Numbered from the stretch's first letter, positions 18,301 through 29,123 are shown. The stretch: 64,000 nt of DNA from Acidobacteriota bacterium (GCA_963664705.1 OY761556.1:4160001-4224000), one strand, 5' to 3'. Numbers and translations: made by a program. Notes: generated by a model from the sequence alone, not told the origin.

Positions 18301-20676
18301 TTATGCTTTACCGAGAGCTTTCAAAACCCTATCCGGCGTGGCCGGCGATTCCACCCACTTGCCGATGGCGTTGTGGATGGCCATGATAACCAGATGCGTG
18401 TTCGCCAGGGAATGGCTGATGCCGCTGCCGCCGTAGCAGGCATTGCTGGCGCGCGTTTCCAGAAGCTCCAGGTCCACACGGGGCATGTCCAGCATGCTGA
18501 CCTTTTTATATTCAAACATGTTTGTGCTGAGCCGCAGGCCGGTCTTTGCATCGAAAACAAATTCTTCCTGCAACTGGCACCCCTTGGTGAAATCCATCAC
18601 CTGATCGATCTGGCTTTCCAGCGATGTCCGCCGCATGATCTTTCCGGGATCCGCAACGACTCCAAACCTGAGGATTTCCACTTCTCCCGTTTCGGTGTCG
18701 ACTGCAACCTCGCACGTAGCCACATTCATGGCATCCAGAACTTTTCCCCTTTGAGACCAGACAGCTTGCGGAGGTCTTCCCGCATAGGTTGCGAACAGAT
18801 TCGCCTGGACGGCGCGCGCCAGCGGCAGGCCCTTGCTTGGATCGGCTTTGACAATCACCTTGCCGCCCTGCATATCGAGGTCCTCAGGCTTCAGGCCCTT
18901 GAATGGATTGGGAGCCTGTTTGGCGCCGGGACCCATGCCAAAGCCGGCGGGAGCGGGAGGATTGTTTGCCTCCTCGATGGCAGTTTCCAGGATCAGCTTC
19001 TTCAGTTTGTTGGCGCACTCTTTGACCGCCCAGGAAGATGCCGTGGATCCGTCACTGCCACCGCCAAACGGCCGGTAGATTTCGTGGTGATCCAGATCAA
19101 TGCGGATATCCTTGAACTCCAGGCCAAGTTCCTCCGCCACGACCATGGCATTGGCTTCCAGGCCATAGTGGCCGATGATGGGACCCTTGGAGGGCAGGTG
19201 CACGATGCCGTTGCGGAGTTCGAGTTTGGGGTTGTATCCCGATACGGAATGGCGCGGGCATTGATTGTAGCGGAAGCTGGCTCCATGCATACGGCCGTCC
19301 GGCAGCTTTTTGGCGCCCGTCTGATGCCAGTTCCAGTTCATCATCTTTTTTACAGCCGCAACGCAGGCCTCATAGCTGGGTACGGGATTCGTGTCGGTCT
19401 GAGATGTCGGCCCGTGCAGATTCAGCGTCGCGATTTCGATCGGATCTTTGCCGAGCTTTTCGGCAATCAGATAGATGCCAACCATCAGTGTATCCCAGCC
19501 CATGGGATTGTGCTGGCCGCTGACATACATCATTCCTGTGTTGCTGTCCACGACCTCCATGCTCTGTTTGACGTTCAGGCACTTGGTGGTGAAATAGGGC
19601 CCGTAGGTCTGATCCATCGTATTCCCGAACATCGAGCTTCCACGAATCCCACCATCCGCAATTGAAAAATCTTCTATGGCGGTAATCAGGCCGTTGCTTT
19701 TGAATCCAATCTTCATATGCACGTAACGCTGACACAGGTTGAAATCGTACATATCCGCCCTGGTGTTGACGCATCGAACGGGTCGGCCGGCTCTTTTGGC
19801 GAGCAGCGGAGTGATCTGCTGCGATTTGCGGATGCCCCAGTCACAGTACCGGCCGCCTACGAACATGCAGTTCTGGAAAACCTTGTCGGGCGACACGCGG
19901 TTCATGCCGGCAACCTGATCATGTCCCCAGGGAACCCCTTCTATCTGGAGGCTTTTGCCTTCTCCGTGCAGAGGATCATCGAACCACCAGGCAACGGTGC
20001 CCAGAGGATTGGGGATATGACCGGCAAAGGCGGAGGTGTTCACGTCATATTCGAGGATGTGGTCCGCTTCCTTGAAACCCTTTTCGACATCGCCGTCATT
20101 GGTATTGGAATAACTGACATTGCCTTTCTTGGGAGGATTATTGCCTCCGCCCATTCCAAATCCACCGCCACCTTTCCCGGCCGGCGAAGGCGGTCGGATG
20201 ACCGGCGCATCCCCGGTTCGTCCTTTGCGCAGGTCCACAACAAAGGGCAACTCTTCCCATTCCACAACGAGCGCCCGCAGCGCCTCATCGCAGATATCTG
20301 GATTTTCTGCCACGACGATAACGCCCACTTCGGCCCCTTCCTGATCGGCCAGATTGTCCAGGAAGGCCTGGCTGGGTCCCATGAAAAAGCCGCCGTCGCC
20401 ACCGCTGCTCAGTTTCTTCATGTCCTCGTCTTCCCAGGTAACAATATCCACAACGCCTGGAACGGCTTTGGCTTTTGTGATGTCGAGACTCTTGATGCGC
20501 GCGTTCGCATAAGGACTGCGGAGAAACTTGGCGTGAAGCATGTCTGGAACGGCATAGTCAATTCCGAATCTTGCAGCACCCGTTGCCTGCGACCAGGACA
20601 GGACTCCCGGAAGGTTCGGCTTTCCGACAACCCTGAAATCTTTTCTGGTTCCGTTTACTCCAGCTAAATCAGCCAT
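18301..20676 (-). CDS. Xanthine dehydrogenase/CoxL-family molybdopterin-binding subunit (divergent)
   Basis: MLHAKFLRSPYANARI, GDVEKGFKEAD, VAEELG, EVAVDTETGEVEIL, LATLNL-type helix, PATPDRVLKAL. Confidence 0.88.
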   Translation of the reverse strand: MADLAGVNGTRKDFRVVGKPNLPGVLSWSQATGAARFGIDYAVPDMLHAKFLRSPYANARIKSLDITKAKAVPGVVDIVTWEDEDMKKLSSGGDGGFFMGPSQAFLDNLADQEGAEVGVIVVAENPDICDEALRALVVEWEELPFVVDLRKGRTGDAPVIRPPSPAGKGGGGFGMGGGNNPPKKGNVSYSNTNDGDVEKGFKEADHILEYDVNTSAFAGHIPNPLGTVAWWFDDPLHGEGKSLQIEGVPWGHDQVAGMNRVSPDKVFQNCMFVGGRYCDWGIRKSQQITPLLAKRAGRPVRCVNTRADMYDFNLCQRYVHMKIGFKSNGLITAIEDFSIADGGIRGSSMFGNTMDQTYGPYFTTKCLNVKQSMEVVDSNTGMMYVSGQHNPMGWDTLMVGIYLIAEKLGKDPIEIATLNLHGPTSQTDTNPVPSYEACVAAVKKMMNWNWHQTGAKKLPDGRMHGASFRYNQCPRHSVSGYNPKLELRNGIVHLPSKGPIIGHYGLEANAMVVAEELGLEFKDIRIDLDHHEIYRPFGGGSDGSTASSWAVKECANKLKKLILETAIEEANNPPAPAGFGMGPGAKQAPNPFKGLKPEDLDMQGGKVIVKADPSKGLPLARAVQANLFATYAGRPPQAVWSQRGKVLDAMNVATCEVAVDTETGEVEILRFGVVADPGKIMRRTSLESQIDQVMDFTKGCQLQEEFVFDAKTGLRLSTNMFEYKKVSMLDMPRVDLELLETRASNACYGGSGISHSLANTHLVIMAIHNAIGKWVESPATPDRVLKALGKA

Positions 20677-20800
20677 GACACAAATTTCCTTTCATTATCC
20701 TGGAAGGATTGCGGGACTGCACTCTCCAGTTAAATAGGTCCCCATTTGAATACTCGTCCATCAAAAACATTCACTGAGTCTGCCAGAACTTGAGGGATAG

Positions 20801-21445
20801 TCACTTCTTTTTTTTCATGGCCTCGGCGAGCATAAGCGCAAGCTGCTCCGTGCCATCTTTGTCCTTGGATTTAAGCGCCATGTAGGGGCAGATGCCGGAA
20901 GTAAGGATGAGTCCGTCCACCACAACTCCGGTCCCTGCAAATGTTGCTCCGTCAAAATAGGAGCTTTTTTCTTCCATGGCGTAGGCATATTTCTTCCCCT
21001 TTAGAAGCCCTGCTTCCGCCAGAGTCCAAAGCGACCCGGTTTGCGCGGCAACCGGCCGGCCTGCGGCTACGGCATTCTTAACCAGAGTGATTGCCTCTGC
21101 AGACACCTCCGGCGGTGCAGGATAGGATGGCACCGCCAGGCATGGCAGGATGAATCCCGCGTATTCGGTTACTTTCACATCCGCCAGCCTGGTATCGACC
21201 TTCACCGTTGTAGACCCTGCAGCAACAGGGGAACCATCAAGGGTGGCAACAATAACCTTATACCCGGACTTTTCCAACGTATCCTTCATCACCCCGGCTT
21301 CCTTCTTGAGCATATATTCCAGGTCGCCGGATTTTTGCGCATTTCGCATGAATAGCAAAACTTTGGGAGCATTCTGCGCATATACATTCGAAAGGACGAA
21401 ACTGCACGCCATCGTCGCGATGATAGCAACTACAATCCGTTTCAT
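20801..21445 (-). CDS. DJ-1/PfpI family protein (secreted)
   Basis: Signal peptide; PVAAQTGSLWTLAEAGLLKGKK and VVVDGLILTS; RBS AAGGAG. Confidence 0.8.
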   Translation of the reverse strand: MKRIVVAIIATMACSFVLSNVYAQNAPKVLLFMRNAQKSGDLEYMLKKEAGVMKDTLEKSGYKVIVATLDGSPVAAGSTTVKVDTRLADVKVTEYAGFILPCLAVPSYPAPPEVSAEAITLVKNAVAAGRPVAAQTGSLWTLAEAGLLKGKKYAYAMEEKSSYFDGATFAGTGVVVDGLILTSGICPYMALKSKDKDGTEQLALMLAEAMKKKK

Positions 21446-21732
21446 TCGGGTTTCTCCTTTGAAACAGGTTTGCCTTCTTCCCGTCATTGCAACGCCAACA
21501 GGGCATTGCAAGCCGTTCTTTGTCCATCCTTGCTGATCATGATGCAATTCATCTTGATCATGAAAACCACATGGTGTGGAATGGGACGACTGGTGCGCAA
21601 AATATGCCTGCCAGTCTTTCCCTATACTACCTTATTTCGGCTATAGAAAAATGGGATACGCAAATAGCGAGCATTGGAGGTCGCATGGGCTTTCCCAAAA
21701 CACCAAAAACCACCGGAAAGAAGGAGGATCTC

Positions 21733-22473
21733 ATGGTTACCATGGAGGAATTCAATAGATACGGTGAAGAACTGGAATATTCACTTATGCTTCGAACCTC
21801 TCCGATTGCAGTAAAGATGCTGGAGAAGGAGTCGGATATTCCCAAAGAAGCGATACGGCCGAAAAGAGATCGCAACCAACACATAGCCCAATGCCAGGCT
21901 TTTGCCTTATCGCGGCGCGAAGGGGCAACCGTAGCCATGTTGCGGGAGGATCATTGGTGTCCGGCAGCTCCCATAGCCTATGGTCTGGTAAAAAAACCCG
22001 AATCCGTTCAGATACAGAGCCATCCTTACGATTGTTTTGAATACGGCAAGTATACGGGAATCGTTACGGCCCCTTTGAAAAAAGCCACCTATATTCCCGA
22101 TGTCGTCATTCTGTGGGCAAAACCTGGCCAGTTAAGAGCGCTGCTGCTCTCGATGAAAATTGAGGATGTGCCGCAGGTGGGCGGGCACTTCTTTCCTCCA
22201 TCCTGTGCATGGGCGGTGGTGAACCCAATGACATCGGGCAAATATTGGGTCGTTCTGCCGGACCCCGGGGAATATCAGCGCGCGCTCACTGAAGAAGGGG
22301 ATATGATGTTTTCGATACCACAGAGCCGAATGCAAACCATGATGGCAGGGTTGAAAGCCAATGAACATGGCCCATTCGCCTATAGGGAACATTCCATGTT
22401 CATGCAGCCGGATTTCGAACAGCCCCAGTTTTATAAGGACATGTTTAAATGCTGGGAACTGGATTCGAAATAG
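21733..22473 (+). CDS. DUF169 family protein
   Basis: LRTSPIAVK, CQAFALSRREG, HWCP, APL...PDVV; RBS AAGGAGG. Confidence 0.8.
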   Translation: MVTMEEFNRYGEELEYSLMLRTSPIAVKMLEKESDIPKEAIRPKRDRNQHIAQCQAFALSRREGATVAMLREDHWCPAAPIAYGLVKKPESVQIQSHPYDCFEYGKYTGIVTAPLKKATYIPDVVILWAKPGQLRALLLSMKIEDVPQVGGHFFPPSCAWAVVNPMTSGKYWVVLPDPGEYQRALTEEGDMMFSIPQSRMQTMMAGLKANEHGPFAYREHSMFMQPDFEQPQFYKDMFKCWELDSK

Positions 22474-22537
22474 CCGTGTTCCTGATTGTAGTTGCGCGAA
22501 CCCGCGCATGAACAGATAGAAACTCTCACAAGAAGAC

Positions 22538-23644
22538 TCATCGCTTTCGATATTTCTGCCCGGTGGTCTCGAATCCGCCCGGAATGAATTTGCCCGTCTC
22601 GGCTTGCGGGGACCAGCTTAGGGAGATTCTGATCAAGTTTTCTTCCTTCTGACGGGACGCTTCAAGATAGGATGCCGGCTGATATTCGACCTCACCGGTT
22701 TCATCCAGCTTGATATTGCGCAGCACACGGACGTGCCGTTGTCCGGCATCGTCGACAGTCTCCTTACCCATCAGCCGCTCATTTTCCAGCCAAAACTCGA
22801 CCGTGCTATGTTGGCGCGCGTTTGGACCGGATAGCTCATAGACGCCCACACAGTCCTTCAACGTAATTCCGGAACTGCCGTTCTTCCAGGGCGCGCGCCT
22901 GTAGGGTAGGACTTGCAGCTTGCCCGGTTCCAGGTTTGCCGTTGTCGCGAACTTCCGCAATTCGTCGATGACAAAGGACGATCGTGCGGTTACGGAATAG
23001 GAATGTCCGTCCTTCAACCCGAACTCAACCGCGTAATCATTGCTGCTGCGAGAATGATGTCGCTCCGTGACAACAATGGCCGCCACGTCGCCGCCTGAAA
23101 ACTCCGCCACTTTGCCCTTTACCGCGTGGTGGAGTTCCCATCGCCCATGACCCAGATCATCGATTCGCTGAAACCCGTCCAGCAGACCTAGCAGCAGCAC
23201 CACGCCCCCCGCGATAAGAGCGATGCCGATGATGGGGACAAGCCAGTCGTATTTGGGCTTATTCTGAAGCGGCTCGTTTGCGGGATGTTCCGGACGTCGT
23301 TTCGGGATGAGGAAGATCACGCCTAATCCAATCATCAGGCCTGTCCAGGCCCAGAGCACCGATGACGTCGTCAGATTCGAGGGCTGGATTGCAAAGCTCA
23401 GTCCGGGCGGAGCGGTCATCGCCTTGATTCCGACAAACAGGAGTTTTGGCCCCAGTGCCATTGTGCCCAGTATCCATCGCGTACTGGAGTTAAATGACGA
23501 GCGCCGGAGCATGAAGATTCCGACAATTGCCAACAACCAGCCCAAGCCGGGAACGAAGAGAGCCAGAATGCACATCACGGCCGCAGCCAGGGAACGTCCA
23601 TTGTTCCGGGAGGCCGGAACCGCAGGTGTTGTTTGTGTTTGCAT
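22538..23644 (-). CDS. Hypothetical membrane protein
   Basis: About 4-5 N-terminal hydrophobic helices followed by a soluble C-terminal domain; start uncertain. Confidence 0.7.
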   Translation of the reverse strand: MQTQTTPAVPASRNNGRSLAAAVMCILALFVPGLGWLLAIVGIFMLRRSSFNSSTRWILGTMALGPKLLFVGIKAMTAPPGLSFAIQPSNLTTSSVLWAWTGLMIGLGVIFLIPKRRPEHPANEPLQNKPKYDWLVPIIGIALIAGGVVLLLGLLDGFQRIDDLGHGRWELHHAVKGKVAEFSGGDVAAIVVTERHHSRSSNDYAVEFGLKDGHSYSVTARSSFVIDELRKFATTANLEPGKLQVLPYRRAPWKNGSSGITLKDCVGVYELSGPNARQHSTVEFWLENERLMGKETVDDAGQRHVRVLRNIKLDETGEVEYQPASYLEASRQKEENLIRISLSWSPQAETGKFIPGGFETTGQKYRKR

Positions 23645-23891
23645 TCCAGGATCATGCCATATCATGACACCGGATTGGCAGAAATTTATGGCTAAATGAG
23701 CCGGGCGGAATCCGTCAGGACTAATCAAAAAAATGCCGGCAGGCTCACCACATTCAACTATCGTGACAGGCTGCATCCGATGTAACCTCGATAGGCTCGA
23801 CGTGCAGGCTGGAAACGCATTAGCCACCCGGCAAAATCAATGCGGCTTGCGCTCGAATGCACGACAGGCGGAGAAGAGCGGGGACCCTTTC

Positions 23892-25403
23892 ATGACACGT
23901 GTACTGATCATCAACCCTCCGGCACCCGAGCGGTTGGATGCGCCCCTTCTCAGCCTTCACTATATAGCCGCCGCTCTGCTGGCTCGAGGCTGCGAGGTGC
24001 GGATCATCGATGCTGCGGCCCGGCATTTCTTTCACGACTCGGACTGGATCCTGTCTGAGACCGAAGGTTTTTCACCGGAGATCATAGCCTTCGGGCTGTA
24101 TACAAGACGAGTTCGGGAAAGCTACCGGCTGGCCGAGCGCTTTGCCGGAAGATTTCCACTCCTGGTTGCAGGCGGGCCACATGCTTCCGCCCGCCCTGAC
24201 GAACCCCTCTGCCATGGCTTTGATCTGGTGGTCCTGGGCGAGGCGGAGGAAAGCATGGTGCAGGTAGTGGACTGGGTTGAGGGGCAAAGGCCGCTTGAGT
24301 CGATCCACGGCATCCGATACCGGGATGCGGGAGGTCTGCTCTGCGGCGATGCCACGCCGCGCTTTATCCAGGACCTCGACGCTCTGCCTCCCGCCGCAGC
24401 AGCCAGGCGGCTGTTCGATCCGCGGGATTACGGCTTGCTGGAGACCAGCCCAATCCCGGGCAGTATCCTGACCAGCCGCGGATGTCCCGGCCGCTGTATC
24501 CACTGCACGCAACAGGTGGGCAAACGGCCGTTCGGGTACCGGTCGGCTGCGGGAGTCGTCGCCGAAATGCGCGCCCACTACGAACGGACCGGGTGTACGT
24601 TTTTTCATTTCCTGGACGATGCCCTCACGGCAGATATGTCCCGCATTCACGAACTGGCGGAGGCAATGCGCAGGGACCTCCCCTTTGAACCCGGCTGGAT
24701 TGCCACGACTCGAGTCGATCTCGTCAGTCCGAATCTACTTCGGGAAATGAGGTGCGCAGGCCTGGCCGCAATAGACTTCGGAGTCGAAAGCGGCGATGAC
24801 GAAACGCTTGCAAAGGTCAAAAAGGGATTCAAAACCGAGCAGGCATACCTCGCACTGGAGTGGGCTAAGGCGGAAGGCCTGGAGACTGTCTGCAATTTCA
24901 TGACAGGCTTTCCCGGGGAAACCCCCTCCGCTCTGGAGCGCACTCTCCGGTTCATGGAAAGGATTGCGCCTCTGGTCGATAGTTTCGGCATCCTGGGTGT
25001 GGCAGTGCCTTATCCTGGAACGCCTCTTTATGAGAATTACCATCTGGACTATGGTTTTACAGAGTGGTGGCTGCGGGAAGATTGTGGACGCTACGAGCCG
25101 GCTCCTCCTATAGAGGATTTCGACCGCTTCTACCGCTGGTACATTGATGATCCGGCGCTGGCAATGGACTACTTCCGCTATGACGAGGAGACGCGTTCGC
25201 TGATCCGGGAATGTCTTCGCTTCAAAGCCGAGCACAACCTGCGACGCATGGGCTTGCTTTTGGACCACCCGGTTTCAGCGGACGCGGAAGGTCAGCCCCT
25301 GGAATCAGGGTCAGTTTCGGAAGCATATCCGGCGGAAGCTCCGGTAATCATGGGTCCGGCGCGTCCGCTCGACGATACTGGCGAGACTGAAGCCGTCCGC
25401 TGA
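23892..25403 (+). CDS. Cobalamin-binding (class B-type) radical SAM protein
   Basis: GGPHAS, GEAE, TSRGCPGRCIHC, FLDD, GVESG, GFPGET, PYPGTPLY. Confidence 0.9.
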   Translation: MTRVLIINPPAPERLDAPLLSLHYIAAALLARGCEVRIIDAAARHFFHDSDWILSETEGFSPEIIAFGLYTRRVRESYRLAERFAGRFPLLVAGGPHASARPDEPLCHGFDLVVLGEAEESMVQVVDWVEGQRPLESIHGIRYRDAGGLLCGDATPRFIQDLDALPPAAAARRLFDPRDYGLLETSPIPGSILTSRGCPGRCIHCTQQVGKRPFGYRSAAGVVAEMRAHYERTGCTFFHFLDDALTADMSRIHELAEAMRRDLPFEPGWIATTRVDLVSPNLLREMRCAGLAAIDFGVESGDDETLAKVKKGFKTEQAYLALEWAKAEGLETVCNFMTGFPGETPSALERTLRFMERIAPLVDSFGILGVAVPYPGTPLYENYHLDYGFTEWWLREDCGRYEPAPPIEDFDRFYRWYIDDPALAMDYFRYDEETRSLIRECLRFKAEHNLRRMGLLLDHPVSADAEGQPLESGSVSEAYPAEAPVIMGPARPLDDTGETEAVR

Positions 25404-25590
25404 GCCTGCCGGTGCCATGTTCCAATAGCAGGATGCGGACTCTGTGCTCCGGGCAATTTGGGGAGTTACGCATAGACCTGCTTGCCTGACCTTGCATTTG
25501 GGTTTATTTATTCCGTTGAAGGTCGAATCGAAAGACGGTCGGCGGTCGTATTATTAAGCGATCATCGGACGTGAATGAAAGCGAGGCATC

Positions 25591-26049
25591 ATGATATCCA
25601 TTAAGCGGCGCACGATATTTTTTCTTACGGCCATTACTTTTGCATGCACAATGGCTCACGCCGGAACACTTACCCCTACATATAGCTCCGCCATCACTCC
25701 TGGCGGTCCGGAAGGCGGCCTGGGAACAATCAAGCTGGGCGGGTCATCGGTCACCATCACGCCAACCTCCATATTAGCCGTCTCGGACAACGACGCGACA
25801 GAATCGATCGGAAGCATCGCCTGGACGCCGTCTGTCCCTATGACCATTACCTTGACCTTCAGCTATCAGATTAAGAATCCCGGAGAGAGCTTTGTACTTT
25901 ACCGGGCCGACTGGTTTAGCGATACGATCAGATATACGGACGGTACGATAAAAACCTTCAGCGAAACCTATGATATTTCGGATCAGGTGATTATTTCTTT
26001 CAAAGCAAAGGGCAGCACCGTATCGATAACCAATATTTCGGTGCAATAA
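25591..26049 (+). CDS. Secreted hypothetical protein
   Basis: Signal peptide ending AHA; Ser/Thr-rich beta-type sequence; RBS GAGG. Confidence 0.7.
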   Translation: MISIKRRTIFFLTAITFACTMAHAGTLTPTYSSAITPGGPEGGLGTIKLGGSSVTITPTSILAVSDNDATESIGSIAWTPSVPMTITLTFSYQIKNPGESFVLYRADWFSDTIRYTDGTIKTFSETYDISDQVIISFKAKGSTVSITNISVQ

Positions 26050-26169
26050 TTCCATGACCCTTCTGCCCCATGCATACGTATTGATAATAGCTATAGCGGT
26101 AAACTGCCGGTGTTCTGACGTAATGGAGCTTCGCTCCATGCCGGAAAGCGTTCTCTTTGGAGGCACTCA

Positions 26170-27303
26170 ATGAAAAAATGGATCGTTCTTGTCATCCTGT
26201 TGGCCGCGTTGCCTGTCAGCGCGCTTCAAATCCCTGATGCACAGAAAATCACAGGCAAGTGGCAGGGAGCTCTGAAAACACCCAATGGGCAGCTTCGGAT
26301 CGTGATCGAGGTGTCGTCCGAAGCGGATAAACTGAAGGCCAATTTTTACAGTATTGACCAACAATCGCCGGCGATACCCGCCAACACAGTCAACTGGAAT
26401 GGATCAACTTTCAAACTGGCTATTATTGCGATAAATGGCAACTACGAGGGAAAGATAAGTTCTGATGGCAAGTCAATCACAGGCAACTGGTCCCAGGGTG
26501 GGCAGGCAATGCCTTTGGATTTGTCCCGTGCAACGCCGGAAACAGCATGGGCTATTCCCGAACCTCCACCTCCCCCGCGACGGATGGCCGCTAATGCCAA
26601 CCCCGCATTCGAGGTGGCAACCATAAAGCCAAGCGATCCTGCGAGACCAGGCAAGCTGTTTACAACAAGAGGCTCCGAGGTAATCACCATCAATACTTCA
26701 TTAAGCGATATCATCATGACGGCTTATGGACTTCACGCGCGGCAGATCACGGATGCGCCGGCCTGGCTTGAATCCGAGAAATACGACATCACCGGACGTC
26801 CGGATACTCCGGGCCAGCCGAATGTTGAGCAAATGAAGGTAATGCTTCAGAAACTTCTGGCCGACAGATTCCAGCTCAAATTTCACCGCGACAAAAAAGA
26901 ACTCTCGGTCTACGCGCTCACCGTGCTGAAGGGAGGACCAAAGTTCAGCAAAAGCACGCGCGATCCGAACAGCCTTCCAGGCCTGTTTTTTACAGGGCCC
27001 TTAATGAGCTTGAATGTCACAAACGCAACCATGGCGGAAGTCGCCGGCGTGCTCCAGACGATCTTGGAAAAGCCGGTTGTGGATCAAACCGCTTTGACTG
27101 AGAAATATGACTTTGTGGTCCGATTCACCCCTGATCCAGGACAGTTTCCCGGTGTCGGAGGAGCTCCGCCGGTGGAATCGGGAGATGAACCACCGGATCT
27201 ATTCACCGCGATCCAGCAGCGGCTCGGGTTAAAATTGGATTCGACCAAAGCACCTGCGGACGTAATCGTCATTGATCATGTAACAAAGCCGTCAGAGAAC
27301 TAA
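26170..27303 (+). CDS. TIGR03435-type Acidobacterial protein
   Basis: FEVATIKPS, MLQKLLADRFQLKFH, PVVDQT.L, LFTAIQQRLGLKL, VIVIDHV.KPSEN. Confidence 0.88.
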   Translation: MKKWIVLVILLAALPVSALQIPDAQKITGKWQGALKTPNGQLRIVIEVSSEADKLKANFYSIDQQSPAIPANTVNWNGSTFKLAIIAINGNYEGKISSDGKSITGNWSQGGQAMPLDLSRATPETAWAIPEPPPPPRRMAANANPAFEVATIKPSDPARPGKLFTTRGSEVITINTSLSDIIMTAYGLHARQITDAPAWLESEKYDITGRPDTPGQPNVEQMKVMLQKLLADRFQLKFHRDKKELSVYALTVLKGGPKFSKSTRDPNSLPGLFFTGPLMSLNVTNATMAEVAGVLQTILEKPVVDQTALTEKYDFVVRFTPDPGQFPGVGGAPPVESGDEPPDLFTAIQQRLGLKLDSTKAPADVIVIDHVTKPSEN

Positions 27304-27327
27304 CGCGGCAGAACTGATAATCTTCTG

Positions 27328-28833
27328 ATGGAAGGGCACGAAGATCGAATCAAAGTGATGTACGAAGAAGCAACGCGCGCCGCCGGCGCCGGTCAATGGG
27401 ATGCCGCGGCCGTGTTCCTGGAGCGGTGCTGTAACCTGCAGCGCTTTGAATCTTCCGTCCTTAATTCGCAATGGATGGTTGCCGCCGATCATTGTGAGAA
27501 AAGCTACGATTTGGGGACCAAAGCTTTTGCCCTGGCGAAGCGGGCCTGGCAGGCAGGATCTACTGCCGGCTCGCTGGAGTTCCTCCAGGCCGCAATGTAT
27601 CGAGGTTGTCACGATCCGGAAACCGCTGTTCAAGTAAATCACTGCGCACACGAATGGCCTATAGCGGCAGTGAGAAATTCCAGGCCCTTGCCGCTGCAAC
27701 TCCCGGAACGTTTGCCAGAAAGGTTTCGCATCGGCCACCTGGTCGGCCTGCTTAATCCGACACATGCTCCTACAAAGCTGATCAGGGCATTGACGGATGA
27801 AATTGCGACGGAGGCGGCCGATTCACACATATACACCACGGAATGGGCGGCCTCATGGTTTCACAATTGGAATCATCCTCGTCAAAGCGGTCCTGAGGAA
27901 TTTCTTAGCAACATACGGAAAGCGCGAGTCCATATTCACGAGGCTCATGATAATTTCCTGGCACGAGCCAATACTCTCGCCGCGCGTATCCGGCAAGATG
28001 ACCTGGACGTGCTCGTCGTACACGCAAGTATGTCCGAAATGGTTACCGCCCTTGTCGCCCTGCTGCGGCCGGCGCGCCGACTCATCAGCGTGAACCACGC
28101 CTCGGAGATGGACCTTCCGTGCTTCGATGGCGCGATCCATATGTTTGAAAATGGAAAGAGAAGGACCCGGCTGGAGATCCCATCCGTTGTCATCCCTCCG
28201 GCAAGCGATATGGATGTGCGCTTAAAGCAGGCTGCGAGGCTATCGAAATCTCAGCTGCAGATACCACAACAGGCAACGGTCTCCGGCACTTTTGGCAATC
28301 TGTACAAGATAGAAAATCCTGAGTTCCTCGAATCACTGCGCTGCATTCTCGAACATCACCCCAACCATTTTCACCTGATAGCCGGTGCCGGAAATGATCG
28401 CGCGATAAAGAAATTCCTCGAGGAAGCGGGAATATCGAGCCGCGTACGCCTGCTTGGACCGCGTACCGATATCCCATCACTCCTGCTTCTGCTTGATTTT
28501 TATCTTGCATCGCATCCATACCCTGGAGCATTGTCGGAAATCGAGGCAATGGCGGCAGCATGTCCGGTGATCAGCGTCCGCAACCATCCGGAATCTCACT
28601 ATAATGCCGGCGCGGAATCTGTGGGAATATCCGAGTGCATTGTAGATCCGAAGGATACTAACGCTATGGTTGCGCTTGCATCCCGCTACCTCGGCGATCC
28701 GACCTGGAGTCGCACGATCGGGCAGAAACTCAAGTGCCGCTTCGAACAGGTATTTGCGCCGTCCAGGGTAGCCGCACACCATTTGCAATTCTACCAATCG
28801 TTTTCGAACCCGACCGGGGAAAACCTTTCCTGA
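27328..28833 (+). CDS. TPR-containing GT-B glycosyltransferase (GT41/GT4-like)
   Basis: Helical N-terminus; RIGHLV; DFYLASHPYPGALSEIEAMAAACPVI nucleotide-sugar-binding motif. Confidence 0.75.
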   Translation: MEGHEDRIKVMYEEATRAAGAGQWDAAAVFLERCCNLQRFESSVLNSQWMVAADHCEKSYDLGTKAFALAKRAWQAGSTAGSLEFLQAAMYRGCHDPETAVQVNHCAHEWPIAAVRNSRPLPLQLPERLPERFRIGHLVGLLNPTHAPTKLIRALTDEIATEAADSHIYTTEWAASWFHNWNHPRQSGPEEFLSNIRKARVHIHEAHDNFLARANTLAARIRQDDLDVLVVHASMSEMVTALVALLRPARRLISVNHASEMDLPCFDGAIHMFENGKRRTRLEIPSVVIPPASDMDVRLKQAARLSKSQLQIPQQATVSGTFGNLYKIENPEFLESLRCILEHHPNHFHLIAGAGNDRAIKKFLEEAGISSRVRLLGPRTDIPSLLLLLDFYLASHPYPGALSEIEAMAAACPVISVRNHPESHYNAGAESVGISECIVDPKDTNAMVALASRYLGDPTWSRTIGQKLKCRFEQVFAPSRVAAHHLQFYQSFSNPTGENLS

Positions 28834-28913
28834 TAATAGGGCACGCCTGCAGGGTACCGCCAATGCTCGGCTGCGTTTCGGAGTAGATTTGTCAAGTTTA
28901 TGTGGGGAAGGGA

Positions 28914-29123
28914 TCAGGCAAAGAGGTCGAGAAGGGAGTGCTCAACGTCTCTTTCAACCGATATGACTCGATAGTTGGCTTTCCCGACAAGCTCCGATTC
29001 TTTGATATTGACCATTTCACCGGCATAGTCGGTCGTGGCCTGGGGGGTGGCTACGCGCCTGGCGGCCTGCTCCATCGTCCGTTGCGCGGCCATGACGCCA
29101 TTTAATGAAATAGCATAGTCCAT
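28914..29123 (-). CDS. Small flagellar basal-body rod C-terminal domain protein
   Basis: DYAGEMVN...ANYRVI...SLLDLFA pattern. Confidence 0.7.
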   Translation of the reverse strand: MDYAISLNGVMAAQRTMEQAARRVATPQATTDYAGEMVNIKESELVGKANYRVISVERDVEHSLLDLFA

